Below are positions 40,914-50,995 of a stretch of 64,000 nucleotides of DNA, in pieces. The DNA comes from Candidatus Eiseniibacteriota bacterium. GTDB lineage: Bacteria; Eisenbacteria; RBG-16-71-46. The notes below the pieces were generated by a model. It did no database searches. It saw only the letters and a list, made by a program, of their open reading frames with translations, and was not told the DNA's origin. The position numbers were made by a program, and so were the translations under genes. Positions within the stretch are counted from its first letter, which is position 1; each line of letters starts with the position of its first letter. Where the stretch lies: assembly GCA_963717505.1 (NCBI GenBank), contig OY970342.1, positions 3,008,001-3,072,000 of the forward strand, read 5' to 3'.

Positions 40914-42850
40914 AGCCGGGAGCCCCGGCGGCTCCGAACCGACCCGCGCGGATTTCGCCTCGCACTCTGGCCGCGACGCTGGCGGGCGTCGGGTCGCTGG
41001 CGGTGTATGCGGCGACCATGTCGCGCTCGGTCGGCTTCATCGATCGGGGCGAGCTGGCGGCGGTGGCGGCGACCCTCGGCATTGCGCACCCGACCGGCTA
41101 TCCGCTGCTGACGTTGCTCGGAAACGCCGCGGTCCGGTTCGCGCCGTCGAACCCGCTGATCGCGCTCAATGCACTGGCAGCACTCTGGGTCGCTGCCGGA
41201 GTGTCGATTCTGGTGCTGCTCTACGACGGCGTGCTGGCGCGCACCACCCAGCCGGGCGCACAGGGTGCGGGCCGGCGCGCAGCGTGCGCGGCACTGGCGG
41301 CACTCGTCACCGGATTCAGCGGAACCTGGTGGCAGCAGGCGAACGGGTTCGAGGCCTACGCCCTGCAAGCACTCCTGCTGCCGCTCGTCTGCTGGACGTT
41401 CCTGCGCTACATCGCGCTCGAGACCGGCAGCTCGCCGGTCCACGGGAACGGCCTCCGGGGCGCCGCCTTCGCGTTCACCCTCGGTCTGTCGATGAGCAAC
41501 CATCTGACGACCGTGGTGCTGGCGCCCGCGTTGCTCGCGGCATTCATCGCTCGCCGGGGACTGGGAATCGGGGCGTGGCGCTCTCTCGGAGCCCTGGTGC
41601 CGGTGGTCGCGCTCGGGCTCACGCCGTACCTCTATTTGCCGTTGCGGGTCGCGCAGGCGCCGCGTTTCAGCTGGGGCGACCCCGATACCGCGTGGCGATT
41701 CTGGACGCACGTCACCGGCCGGCAGTACCAAGTCTGGATGTTCTCCGATGCGGAGGCGGCCGGGCAGCAGATCGCATTCATCTTCGGCCGAATGCCCTGG
41801 GAATGGGTCGGTCTCGGCCTGGTGCTCGCGGCTCTGGGATGCGCCGCCTGGCGCCGTCATGGGGGATACCTGCTGGTCTTGGCCCTGGCGGGTGGGACCA
41901 GCGTCCTCTGGGCCTGCGCCTACGCGATCCGGGACATCGATCCCTACGTGATGCCCTGGACGATGGTGATCGGAATGCTGGCGGCATCGGGTCTGGCGGC
42001 GATCGCCGCGCGCGCGGGGACCCGCGCCGCCGTCGTCGTGGGCGGCTTCTGCGTCGCCCTGGCGCTCGGCGTCCACTGGCGAAGCTGCGACGAACGCGAT
42101 CACCACATGGTCGAAGACTATGCGCACAACCTGCTCTCCGAGCTTCCGGAGCATGCGGTGCTGGTCAGCGCCCAGTGGGATCACCTGGTGTCGGCGAGCT
42201 ATTACCTGCAGGAGATCGGCGGACTCAGGCGCGACGTGACGATCATCGATCCCGAGCTGATGCGCCGGTCGTGGTACGTGCGCGAGCTGGCGCGTCGGGA
42301 GTCGGCGCTGGTCGGTGGCTTCGCGTCCGAGGTCGAGCGCTTCGAGCGCGAAGTCGAGCCGTTCGAACGCGGGCGGCGGTTCGATCCGGCTCCCATTCAA
42401 TCGGCATACCTGGCGATGTTCGCGGGGCTCGAGCGCTCGGTGCGCGCATCGGGGCGCCGGCTGTACGCGACCTGGGAGGTGCGGCAACCGGTCTGGGAGG
42501 GGTTGGAGCGTGTTCCCATGGGGCTCTCGAGCGAGCTGGTCTCCGACACCGGCTACGTCGCGCTGCTACCGCCGCGCTATCGCTATCGCCCGTGGGATGG
42601 GCGGCGCGACCACTACGTGGCAACTCTGGCGCGGAACTATGCCGAAGCACTCGCCGAACGTGCGGACTACGAAGCACGCCACGGGCGCTTGCAGCAGGCG
42701 CGTGGCATGGCGGCACTCGGCGCCGACTTCGCGCCGCGGTTCACCCTGCGCGACGTGCCGCCGTTGCCGCTCGACGGCAGGAAGCTGGTGGCAGCGAGCC
42801 TCGAGCGGTTCCGCCAGCTGCGGCGGGCCGCCGGGGTGGGCGGGAGCTGA
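40910..42850 (+). CDS. DUF2723 (TMEM260-like) membrane glycosyltransferase
   Basis: DRGELAAVAATLGIAHPTGYPL, WWQQA..FEAYAL, NHLTT, YLYLPLR, SWGDP; ATGA overlap with the previous gene. Confidence 0.85.
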   Translation: MKPGAPAAPNRPARISPRTLAATLAGVGSLAVYAATMSRSVGFIDRGELAAVAATLGIAHPTGYPLLTLLGNAAVRFAPSNPLIALNALAALWVAAGVSILVLLYDGVLARTTQPGAQGAGRRAACAALAALVTGFSGTWWQQANGFEAYALQALLLPLVCWTFLRYIALETGSSPVHGNGLRGAAFAFTLGLSMSNHLTTVVLAPALLAAFIARRGLGIGAWRSLGALVPVVALGLTPYLYLPLRVAQAPRFSWGDPDTAWRFWTHVTGRQYQVWMFSDAEAAGQQIAFIFGRMPWEWVGLGLVLAALGCAAWRRHGGYLLVLALAGGTSVLWACAYAIRDIDPYVMPWTMVIGMLAASGLAAIAARAGTRAAVVVGGFCVALALGVHWRSCDERDHHMVEDYAHNLLSELPEHAVLVSAQWDHLVSASYYLQEIGGLRRDVTIIDPELMRRSWYVRELARRESALVGGFASEVERFEREVEPFERGRRFDPAPIQSAYLAMFAGLERSVRASGRRLYATWEVRQPVWEGLERVPMGLSSELVSDTGYVALLPPRYRYRPWDGRRDHYVATLARNYAEALAERADYEARHGRLQQARGMAALGADFAPRFTLRDVPPLPLDGRKLVAASLERFRQLRRAAGVGGS

Positions 42851-42879
42851 GCCCCGCGGAAACCCGGTTATGGGTAGGT

Positions 42880-42909
42880 TTGACACGGTTTTCGGAACCG
42901 TGCTAGTTT
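42880..42909 (+). promoter_or_regulatory. Putative sigma70 promoter of rplM-rpsI
   Basis: TTGACA, 18 nt, TG-c-TAGTTT; the spacer carries the inverted repeat CACGGTT/AACCGTG. Confidence 0.7.
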
Positions 42910-43008
42910 CCAGCGTTTCTTGCGGATAGCGCCCGCCCGCGAACCCCGGAAGTGACCTTCTCGGGCCTCACCGTGGGCATTTGGCGTCGCTTTTCTCGGA
43001 GGAAGTGA

Positions 43009-43458
43009 ATGAAGACGTATTCGGCGCGTCCGGTCGACGTCCAGCGGCGCTGGGTCCTGGTCGACGCGGACGGTCGCACGCTCGGGCGATTGGCCACGGC
43101 GATCGCGACCATGCTCAAGGGTAAGCACAAGCCCATGTACACGCCCCACATCGATACCGGCGACCATGTGGTGGTAATCAACGCGGGCAAGGTGCGGCTG
43201 ACTGGAGCCAAGGTCGAGAAGAAGCAGTTCTTCCGCCACACGATGTACCCGGGCGGGGAGCGGTGGACGGCTCTCAAGGGGCTGCTCGAGCGGCATCCCG
43301 ACCAGGTGGTGACCCGCGCCGTGCGCGGAATGATCCCGCGCACCCGGTTGGGTCGCGCGATGATGAAGAAGCTCAAGGTGTACGCCGGAGCCGAGCACCC
43401 GCACGCGGCGCAGCAGCCGGTGGCGTGGCAGCCGGCCATCCGCGGAGGGAAGTCGTAA
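43009..43458 (+). CDS. rplM: 50S ribosomal protein L13
   Basis: WVLVDADGRTLGRLA, GKHKPMYTPHIDTGD, HTMYPGG, HPHAAQQP. Confidence 0.98.
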   Translation: MKTYSARPVDVQRRWVLVDADGRTLGRLATAIATMLKGKHKPMYTPHIDTGDHVVVINAGKVRLTGAKVEKKQFFRHTMYPGGERWTALKGLLERHPDQVVTRAVRGMIPRTRLGRAMMKKLKVYAGAEHPHAAQQPVAWQPAIRGGKS

Positions 43459-43856
43459 TGGCGGAGACCGTCACGAAAAAGCCGGCCACCGGACGGCGCA
43501 AGACCGCGGTGGCGCGGGTGCGTTTGATCGCGGGCTCGGGCCGGCACATGGTGAACAACCGCGTCCCGGTCGAGTATTTCAAGCGCGAGACGCTGGTGAC
43601 CGCGGCATTCCACGCACTGACCGTGGCCAACGCGGTGGGCAAGTTCGACGTCAGCGCGCGGGTTCACGGCGGCGGCCTCACCGGTCAGGCGGGGGCGCTG
43701 CGCATGGCGGTGGCCCGCGCCCTGGTCCGCGAGGACGAGTCGCTGCGTGGCGTGCTCGGGCGCGAAGGGATGTTGACCCGTGACGCTCGCATGAAGGAAC
43801 GCAAGAAGTACGGGCAGCCGGGGGCGCGCAAGCGCTTCCAGTTCAGCAAGCGCTGA
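43458..43856 (+). CDS. rpsI: 30S ribosomal protein S9
   Basis: [40 protein letters not shown]. Confidence 0.98.
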   Translation: MAETVTKKPATGRRKTAVARVRLIAGSGRHMVNNRVPVEYFKRETLVTAAFHALTVANAVGKFDVSARVHGGGLTGQAGALRMAVARALVREDESLRGVLGREGMLTRDARMKERKKYGQPGARKRFQFSKR

Positions 43857-43879
43857 GCGCCGTCGCTCAGCTCATTCCA

Positions 43880-43956
43880 CCGCGCGTCGCGCGCGCCGGG
43901 GGTCCTGGGACGGTTGGTCCCGGGCAGAGCGTGGATTCGAATGCGCGACGCCGCGG
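43880..43956 (+). promoter_or_regulatory. Structured rpsB leader (candidate S2 autoregulatory element)
   Basis: CCGCGCGTCGCGC (43880-43892) pairs with GCGCGACG-c-CGCGG (43943-43956), enclosing the hairpin CCTGGGAC/GTCCCGGG. Confidence 0.5.
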
Positions 43957-43981
43957 AACGTCGAACCCCCATGGAGGATGC

Positions 43982-44743
<762 letters not shown>

Positions 44744-44768
44744 CGACTGTCCATGGGACCGAACCCCG

Positions 44769-44801
44769 ACGCCCGCCCGCGCGTTCCCGCCGGGCGGGCG
44801 T
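44769..44801 (+). terminator. Strong hairpin between rpsB and tsf (attenuator/stabiliser; weak U tail)
   Basis: ACGCCCGCCCG/CGGGCGGGCGT 11-bp stem. Confidence 0.45.
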
Positions 44802-44823
44802 TGCAACGCACCAAGGAGCATCC

Positions 44824-45420
44824 ATGACGATCACCGCGGAACAGGTCCGCCAGCTGCGCGAGCAGACCGGGGCGGGCATGATGGAGTGCAAGAAGGCCCT
44901 GACCGAGACCGAGGGTGACTTCGAGAAGGCGGTCGACGTGCTGCGCAGGTCCGGCATTGCTCGCGCCGCGAAGCGCGGCGGACGCGAGGCCGCCGACGGC
45001 CTGGTCGAGTCGTACATTCACCCGGGCAACCGGGTGGGCGTGCTGATCGAGGTCAACTGCGAAACCGACTTCGTGGCGCGCACCGACGAGTTCCGGAACC
45101 TGGTGCGCAACGTGGCCATGCAGGTCGCGGCCGGTGGCGCCGACTTCCTTCGCCGCGAGGACGTGCCCGCCGAGCGCGTCGAGCGCGAGCGGGGGATCAT
45201 CGCCGCCCAGCTCGAAGCCCAAGGCAAGCCGGCCGCCGTGCTCGAGAAGATCATCGCCGGCAAGCTCGACAAGTTCTTCGCGGAGATCTGCCTGCTCGAG
45301 CAGCCGTTCATCCGCGACGACAAGATGACGGTCGGGGAGATGATCCACCAGGCCGCCGCGAAGACCGGCGAGAACATCGTCGTCCGGCGCTTCGCCCGCT
45401 ACGTCCTGGGCCAGGAGTAG
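44824..45420 (+). CDS. tsf: Elongation factor Ts (short ~198-aa form)
   Basis: [47 protein letters not shown]. Confidence 0.97.
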   Translation: MTITAEQVRQLREQTGAGMMECKKALTETEGDFEKAVDVLRRSGIARAAKRGGREAADGLVESYIHPGNRVGVLIEVNCETDFVARTDEFRNLVRNVAMQVAAGGADFLRREDVPAERVERERGIIAAQLEAQGKPAAVLEKIIAGKLDKFFAEICLLEQPFIRDDKMTVGEMIHQAAAKTGENIVVRRFARYVLGQE

Positions 45421-45427
45421 CTCGGCG

Positions 45428-46150
45428 GTGGCCGCCCGTTACCAGCGCATTCTGCTCAAGCTGAGCGGCGAGCAGCTTGCGGGGGCCGCCGGGCACGGCA
45501 TCGACGAGGCGGTCATGGCCGCGCTCGCCGACGAGATCCGCGACGTGCAAGCACTCGGGGTCCAGATGGGCATCGTGTGCGGCGGCGGCAACATCTTCCG
45601 CGGACTGGCGGCGAGCACGCGCGGCATGGATCGGGTCGGCGCCGACTACATGGGCATGCTGGCGACCGTGATCAACGGTCTGGCCCTGCAACACTCCCTG
45701 GAGAAGCGCGGTCTGTACACGCGGGTCATGTCCGCGATCGAGATGGACCGCGTCTGCGAGCCCTACATCCGGCGGCGGGCGGTGCGGCATCTCGAAAAGG
45801 GGCGCATCGTGGTGCTGGCCGCCGGCACCGGGAATCCCTACTTCACCACCGACACCGCCGCGGCGCTGCGCGCGATCGAGATCGGCGCCGACGTCATCCT
45901 CAAGGCGACCAAGGTCGACGGCGTCTACAGCGGCGACCCGGTGCACGAGCCCAACGCCGAGTTCTTCCCTCGGATCACTTATCTCGATATCTTGAACCGA
46001 GGTCTCAAGGTGATGGATTCCACTGCGATCTCCCTGTGCATGGAGAACCGGCTGCCGATCGTCGTGTTCAACGCCGGCGTCCGAGGTAATCTCCTGAAGG
46101 TGGTTCAGGGGGAGGGCGTAGGAACTTTGGTTCACGGAGAACGGTCATGA
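45428..46150 (+). CDS. pyrH: Uridylate kinase
   Basis: [37 protein letters not shown]. Confidence 0.97.
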   Translation: MAARYQRILLKLSGEQLAGAAGHGIDEAVMAALADEIRDVQALGVQMGIVCGGGNIFRGLAASTRGMDRVGADYMGMLATVINGLALQHSLEKRGLYTRVMSAIEMDRVCEPYIRRRAVRHLEKGRIVVLAAGTGNPYFTTDTAAALRAIEIGADVILKATKVDGVYSGDPVHEPNAEFFPRITYLDILNRGLKVMDSTAISLCMENRLPIVVFNAGVRGNLLKVVQGEGVGTLVHGERS

Positions 46151-46704
46151 TCGATCCTCATGTCGCGCGTGCCGAGGAGCGGATGAAGAAGATCCTCGAG
46201 GCGACGCGCCGCGAATTTTCCGGCATCCGCTCGGGCAAGGCATCGCCGGCGTTGCTCGACTCGGTCCGCGTCGAAGCCTACGGCCAGCCGGTCCCGCTCA
46301 ATCAGGTCGGCAGCGTGAGCGCCCCGGAAGTGCGGCTGCTGGTCGTCCAGCCCTGGGACAAGAGCCTGATCAAGGCGATCACCAAGGCGATCCAGCAATC
46401 CGAGATGGGACTCAACCCGACCGACGACGGCTCGGTGGTGCGCGTGCCGCTGCCGTCGCTCACCGAAGAGCGCCGGAAGGAACTGGTCAAGCTGCTGTCG
46501 AAGCTCGCGGAGGACGGCCGGGTGCACATGCGCCAGGTGCGCCACGATCTCAACAAGGAGATCAAGGCCGAAGAACACGACAAGAAGTTGACCGAAGACG
46601 ACGCCAAGCGGTCGACTGCCGAAGTTCAGAAATTGACCGACCGTTACATCGCGCTGATCGACGAGCTGCTGAAGAAGAAGACCGTCGAAGTCATGGAGGT
46701 CTGA
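46147..46704 (+). CDS. frr: Ribosome recycling factor
   Basis: [33 protein letters not shown]. Confidence 0.97.
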   Translation: MIDPHVARAEERMKKILEATRREFSGIRSGKASPALLDSVRVEAYGQPVPLNQVGSVSAPEVRLLVVQPWDKSLIKAITKAIQQSEMGLNPTDDGSVVRVPLPSLTEERRKELVKLLSKLAEDGRVHMRQVRHDLNKEIKAEEHDKKLTEDDAKRSTAEVQKLTDRYIALIDELLKKKTVEVMEV

Positions 46705-46763
46705 ACTCCGCACCGGGCCCGGGGGTCGGCGACGGCCCTCGGAACACCGGCGCGGCGCGCACG

Positions 46764-47666
46764 ATGTCCTCCGTCCCCGGACCCTCGGCACCGCGACTGG
46801 AGGAGCACTCGGGGCCGGTGCGCCCGGGCGCTTCCGGATGGGCCTTCCGGCTCCGGGTGGCGAGCGGCATCCTGTTCGTTCCGCTCCTGGTCCTGCTCGC
46901 GCGGGTCGGCGGCCCGGCGTTCCTGCTGCTGGTCGCCCTCCAGGTGCTGCTCGGGCTGATCGAGTTCTTCCGCATGATGCGCTCGCGCGGTCTGACGCCC
47001 GAGCGCGAGCTGGGAATCACCGCCGGGCTCTTGTTGCTCGCCGCCGCCTACGCGCCCGATCGCCTGCCGCCCGACGTGGTCGCGACCGGCGCGCTGCTCG
47101 GGATCCTGATCGCCGGGCTCCTGCGACCGCGCGCGCGGGCCGCCGAGAGTCTCGCGGTCACCGCACTCGGCGTGCTCTACGTCGGCTGGCTGTCCGCGCA
47201 TCAGGTGCTGCTGCGCGAGCTGCCCTGGCGCGCGGGCACCGCCTACGCCGACGGCGGCGCCTACGTGCTGCTCGCGTTCTTCCTGCCCTGGAGCTGTGAC
47301 ACCACAGCCTACCTGGTTGGACGTCGTTTCGGCCGGATCCGTCCGTGGACCGCGATTTCGCCGCGCAAGAGCCTCGAGGGCGCGATCGCCGGATTCGTGG
47401 CTGCGGTGGCCGCGGCGTTCGTGGCGCGCGCGTGGTTCGCGCCGTTTCTGTCAGCGTTCGATTGCCTCGCGCTGGGCGTGATGGTGGGGGTGCTCGCTCA
47501 GGCCGGCGATCTGGTCGAGTCGTTGCTCAAGCGCGAGGCCCAGCACGGTGATTCCTCCGACCTGATCCCGGGCCACGGCGGCGTGCTCGATCGTTTCGAC
47601 TCGGTCCTGTTCTCCGCGCCGGTCGTCTACTACTACCTGCGTCTCGCGGTGTTCCATGCCCCCTGA
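46764..47666 (+). CDS. cdsA: Phosphatidate cytidylyltransferase
   Basis: DTTAYLVG, ISPRKSLEG, GDLVESLLKR, DSSDLIPGHGGVLDRFDS. Confidence 0.95.
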   Translation: MSSVPGPSAPRLEEHSGPVRPGASGWAFRLRVASGILFVPLLVLLARVGGPAFLLLVALQVLLGLIEFFRMMRSRGLTPERELGITAGLLLLAAAYAPDRLPPDVVATGALLGILIAGLLRPRARAAESLAVTALGVLYVGWLSAHQVLLRELPWRAGTAYADGGAYVLLAFFLPWSCDTTAYLVGRRFGRIRPWTAISPRKSLEGAIAGFVAAVAAAFVARAWFAPFLSAFDCLALGVMVGVLAQAGDLVESLLKREAQHGDSSDLIPGHGGVLDRFDSVLFSAPVVYYYLRLAVFHAP

Positions 47667-48834
47667 TCCCGGAGCCCGGAAACGCAGGACGGTGGTGGTG
47701 CTCGGGTCGACGGGCTCGATCGGGCGCCAGGCGCTCGAGGTGCTCGCCGAGGTCCCCGAACGTCTCGAACCGATCGGGCTCGCGGCCGGCTCCGACCTGG
47801 ACGGGCTGATCGCGCAGGCGCGCGCGTGCGCGCCGCGCTTCCTGGCGCTCGAGCACGCGGCCCGTCCCGGCGAAGCGCGCGCCGCACTCGCCGCGGCGGC
47901 ACCGAGCGCCGAGATTCGGGTCGGCCCCGGTTCGGCGGCGTGGCTCGCGGGTTCGTGCGGCGCTGCGATCGTGGTCAACGGCATCGTCGGCGCGGCCGGA
48001 CTCGAGGCCTCGCTCGCCGCCCTCGGTGCGGGTGCTCGCCTGGCGCTGGCCAATAAGGAAACCCTGGTCGTGGGTTCGGAGCTGGTGCGCTCCGCCCTCG
48101 CGCGCGGCGGCGAGCTGATCCCGGTCGACAGCGAGCACAGTGCCGCGTTCCAGTGCCTGGCCGGTCGTCCGCCGGCGGAGGTCCGCCGGCTGGTGATCAC
48201 CGCCTCGGGTGGCGCTCTGCGCGACCATCCGGACTGGACTCGCGCGACGCCGGCGGAAGTGCTCCGCCATCCGGTTTGGAGCATGGGACGGCGGATCACC
48301 GTCGACTCGGCTCTGCTGTTCAACAAGGGGCTCGAGCTGATCGAAGCCGAGGCGCTGTTCGCGCTCGGCTGGGACCGGATCGACGCCGTGCTGCACCCGC
48401 AGGCGGTGGTGCACGCGCTGGTCCTGTTCCACGACGGCAGCACGGTGGTGCAGGCCGCGCGTCCCGACATGCGCATTCCAATTCGACTGGCGCTGTCGTG
48501 GCCCGAGCGCTGGCCGGATTCCGGCGCGACGACCGGCGCGGTGGACCTGGATCGGCTCGAGTTTCGCCCGCTGCCGCCGGGGCGCTATCCGGCGTTCGAT
48601 CTTGCGGTCGCGGCCGGACGCGCCGGGGGCACCGCGCCGTGTGTGCTGAACGCCGCCGACGAAATCGCGGTCGAGGCGTTCCTGGACGGCGCGATCCCGC
48701 TCGGTCAGGTGCCCGAGATCGTGCGCCGGACCGTGGAACGCCACGCGGTCGAACCGGTCACCTCGCTCGAGCAGCTCCGGGCGGTGGATGCGGCGGCGCG
48801 CGTCGCGGCACGCGATCTCCTGGTGCGCGCGTGA
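47656..48834 (+). CDS. dxr: 1-deoxy-D-xylulose 5-phosphate reductoisomerase
   Basis: LGSTGSIG, LANKE, PVDSEHSA, HPVWSMGRRITVDSA, NKGLELIEA. Confidence 0.96.
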   Translation: MPPDPGARKRRTVVVLGSTGSIGRQALEVLAEVPERLEPIGLAAGSDLDGLIAQARACAPRFLALEHAARPGEARAALAAAAPSAEIRVGPGSAAWLAGSCGAAIVVNGIVGAAGLEASLAALGAGARLALANKETLVVGSELVRSALARGGELIPVDSEHSAAFQCLAGRPPAEVRRLVITASGGALRDHPDWTRATPAEVLRHPVWSMGRRITVDSALLFNKGLELIEAEALFALGWDRIDAVLHPQAVVHALVLFHDGSTVVQAARPDMRIPIRLALSWPERWPDSGATTGAVDLDRLEFRPLPPGRYPAFDLAVAAGRAGGTAPCVLNAADEIAVEAFLDGAIPLGQVPEIVRRTVERHAVEPVTSLEQLRAVDAAARVAARDLLVRA

Positions 48835-49199
48835 TGCGTTCGGCGGCGGAGAAGATCGCGGACGGCACGCCCGCCGCCGAGAAGATCCGGGCCTGGCGCG
48901 AGGAAGGGCGGGCGGTCGCGATGGCCCGAGGGCGCTTCGACCTGATCGAAGCCGCGCACGTCCGATCCCTCGCGGCGGTCAAGCACGGCGCCGACCGGCT
49001 CGCGGTCGAGGTGATCGGCGACGGCGCGGCACCACCGCCGCTGCTCGGCGAGGCGGAGCGGGCGTTGCTGGTTGCGGCGTTGCGGGTCGTCGATCTGGTG
49101 ACGATCGTCACGTCGATCGACTCGGCCGCGGTCGACGTGGATCCGGAGACGACGGTTGCCTTGCGCCAGCGGGTTCGAGAACGACATGGCCGCGGGTGA
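48834..49199 (+). CDS. Degenerate, shortened RfaE/HldE-type nucleotidyltransferase domain protein
   Basis: WREEGRAVAMARGRFDLIEAAHVRSL resembles the canonical ..NGCFDLLHxGHVRYL; P..GEAERALLVAALRVVDLV; sits at the head of the LPS glycosyltransferase block. Confidence 0.7.
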   Translation: MRSAAEKIADGTPAAEKIRAWREEGRAVAMARGRFDLIEAAHVRSLAAVKHGADRLAVEVIGDGAAPPPLLGEAERALLVAALRVVDLVTIVTSIDSAAVDVDPETTVALRQRVRERHGRG

Positions 49200-50253
49200 T
49201 GCGCACGGGTCGGTGCGCCGCATCCTGGCGCTGCGCCCGCGCGCGCTGGGCGACGTGGTACTGACCACGCCGGCATTGCGATCCCTGGCGGCGGGCCATC
49301 CGGGCGCTCGGCTCGAAGTCGCGACCGAGGCGCGCTACGCGCCGTTGATCGCCGGGCTGCCGGCGGTTTCCGAGGTGTTGCCGGTCGAACGCAGTACGCG
49401 CGCGGCCGCCTCCCTGATCGCGGAGGTGCGCCGGCGTCGTTACGACATGGTGGTCGACTTCTTCGGGAATCCGCGAACCGCCCTGATGACTCGACTGAGC
49501 GGTGCGGTAGTACGCGCGGGTTACGATCTTCGCGGCCGGCAGGGTGCCTACACCAAGATCGTTCCGCGGGCATTACCTCCCAGAAGCGGCGAGCGCGAAT
49601 ACGCGGCCGACGTTCACCTGCGTCTGGCAGAAGCCGTGGGCGGACGGCCCGATGGCGATCCGCCGGCGGTCGCACTCCCGGAGTCGGCGCGGGCGGAGGG
49701 TGCGGCGTTGCTGGCGCGCGCCGGGGTCTCCGATCCGGCGGGCGCGGTGGGTCTGGTCGCCGGCGGCACCTGGGCGACCAAGACCCTGCCGTTGTCGCAC
49801 GTTTCGGTGATCGCCCAGCGGCTCGAGGCGGCCGGCTGGAGCGTCGTGCTCTTGAGCGGGCCGGGAGAGGAGCACGATGCGCGCACGTTGGCGCGTCTGA
49901 TCCCGGACCTGCGCGTGCTGCCGCCCTGCGACGTGCCGGCTCTGGCCGGGACCATCGCGCACCTGGCGGCGGTAGTCGGCACCGACAGCGGACCGCGGCA
50001 TCTTGCGGCGGCACTCGGCGTGGCGAGCTGGGCGTGGTTCGGCCCGACCCATCCCGATACCTGGTCGCCGCGCGGCGCGCGCCACGGCTACGCATGGACG
50101 GAACTGCCGTGCCGAGGCTGCGATCGCACCGCGTGTCCCCACTGGAGCTGCCTGCCGGGCTTCGATGCCGGTTCCCTGGCCGCTCAGGTTCTCGTTCATC
50201 TCCGACTCCATGTCCGCGACGCTGCCGCTCTCGGTACTGCTGCTCGCGCGTGA
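49186..50253 (+). CDS. GT9 family heptosyltransferase
   Basis: RILALRPRALGDVVLTTP, VGTDSGPRHLAAALG, FGPT, C-terminal Cys cluster CRGC...CPHWSC. Confidence 0.92.
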   Translation: MAAGDAHGSVRRILALRPRALGDVVLTTPALRSLAAGHPGARLEVATEARYAPLIAGLPAVSEVLPVERSTRAAASLIAEVRRRRYDMVVDFFGNPRTALMTRLSGAVVRAGYDLRGRQGAYTKIVPRALPPRSGEREYAADVHLRLAEAVGGRPDGDPPAVALPESARAEGAALLARAGVSDPAGAVGLVAGGTWATKTLPLSHVSVIAQRLEAAGWSVVLLSGPGEEHDARTLARLIPDLRVLPPCDVPALAGTIAHLAAVVGTDSGPRHLAAALGVASWAWFGPTHPDTWSPRGARHGYAWTELPCRGCDRTACPHWSCLPGFDAGSLAAQVLVHLRLHVRDAAALGTAARA

Positions 50254-50995
50254 CGCGGCGGCGGATCTCGCCGCCCTGCTGCCCGCGCTGTCGTTCGCGC
50301 GCGAGGTGGTGGTGGTGGTCGACGCCGCGAGTCGCGACGATTCACGCGCGGTCGCCGAGCGTCTCGGGGCCCGCGTGTTTGAGCGGCGGCTCACCGGTTT
50401 CGGCGAGCAGCGCGCGTTCGCGCTCGCCCAATGTCGCGAGCCGTGGGTGCTGTGGCTGGACTCGGACGAGCGCCTGGCCGCGGGTGCCGAGTCGAGGATT
50501 GCGGCGGTGCTGCGGGCGCCGACCGACAACGGCTACCGCCTGCGGCGGCGCACCTGGTTTCTCGGCCGCCCGATCCGATATTGCGGCTGGCAAGGGGAGC
50601 GAGTCCTGCGCCTGTTCGCTCGCGAATCGGCGCAATTCGACGACGCGCCGGTTCACGAACAGGTGGTGGTGAGCGGAACCATCGGAACACTCGACGCCAC
50701 CCTCGAGCATCACAGCTATCGCGATTGGGAGGCGTGTCGCACCAAGCTGCTGCACTACGCGCGCGCGGGCGCCGAAGCAGCGCGACGAGAAGGGCGCCGC
50801 GCGACGCCGTGGGACGTGGTGATGCGGCCGCCGCTCCGCTTCCTGCGCATGTACCTGCTCCAGGGCGGATTCCTGGATGGCGGGCATGGCGCGGTGCTGT
50901 GCGCGCTGGCCGCCGCCCAGGTCTATCTCAAGTACGCGGAGCTGTGGGCGAACCCGGACGCGACCGCCGGCCGCCGGCCGCGCGGCGCGGCGTGA
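50210..50995 (+). CDS. GT2 family LPS glycosyltransferase (WaaE/KdtX-like)
   Basis: LSVLLLARD, VVVVD, WVLWLDSDE, VHE, LEHHSY, GGFLDG. Confidence 0.9.
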   Translation: MSATLPLSVLLLARDAAADLAALLPALSFAREVVVVVDAASRDDSRAVAERLGARVFERRLTGFGEQRAFALAQCREPWVLWLDSDERLAAGAESRIAAVLRAPTDNGYRLRRRTWFLGRPIRYCGWQGERVLRLFARESAQFDDAPVHEQVVVSGTIGTLDATLEHHSYRDWEACRTKLLHYARAGAEAARREGRRATPWDVVMRPPLRFLRMYLLQGGFLDGGHGAVLCALAAAQVYLKYAELWANPDATAGRRPRGAA

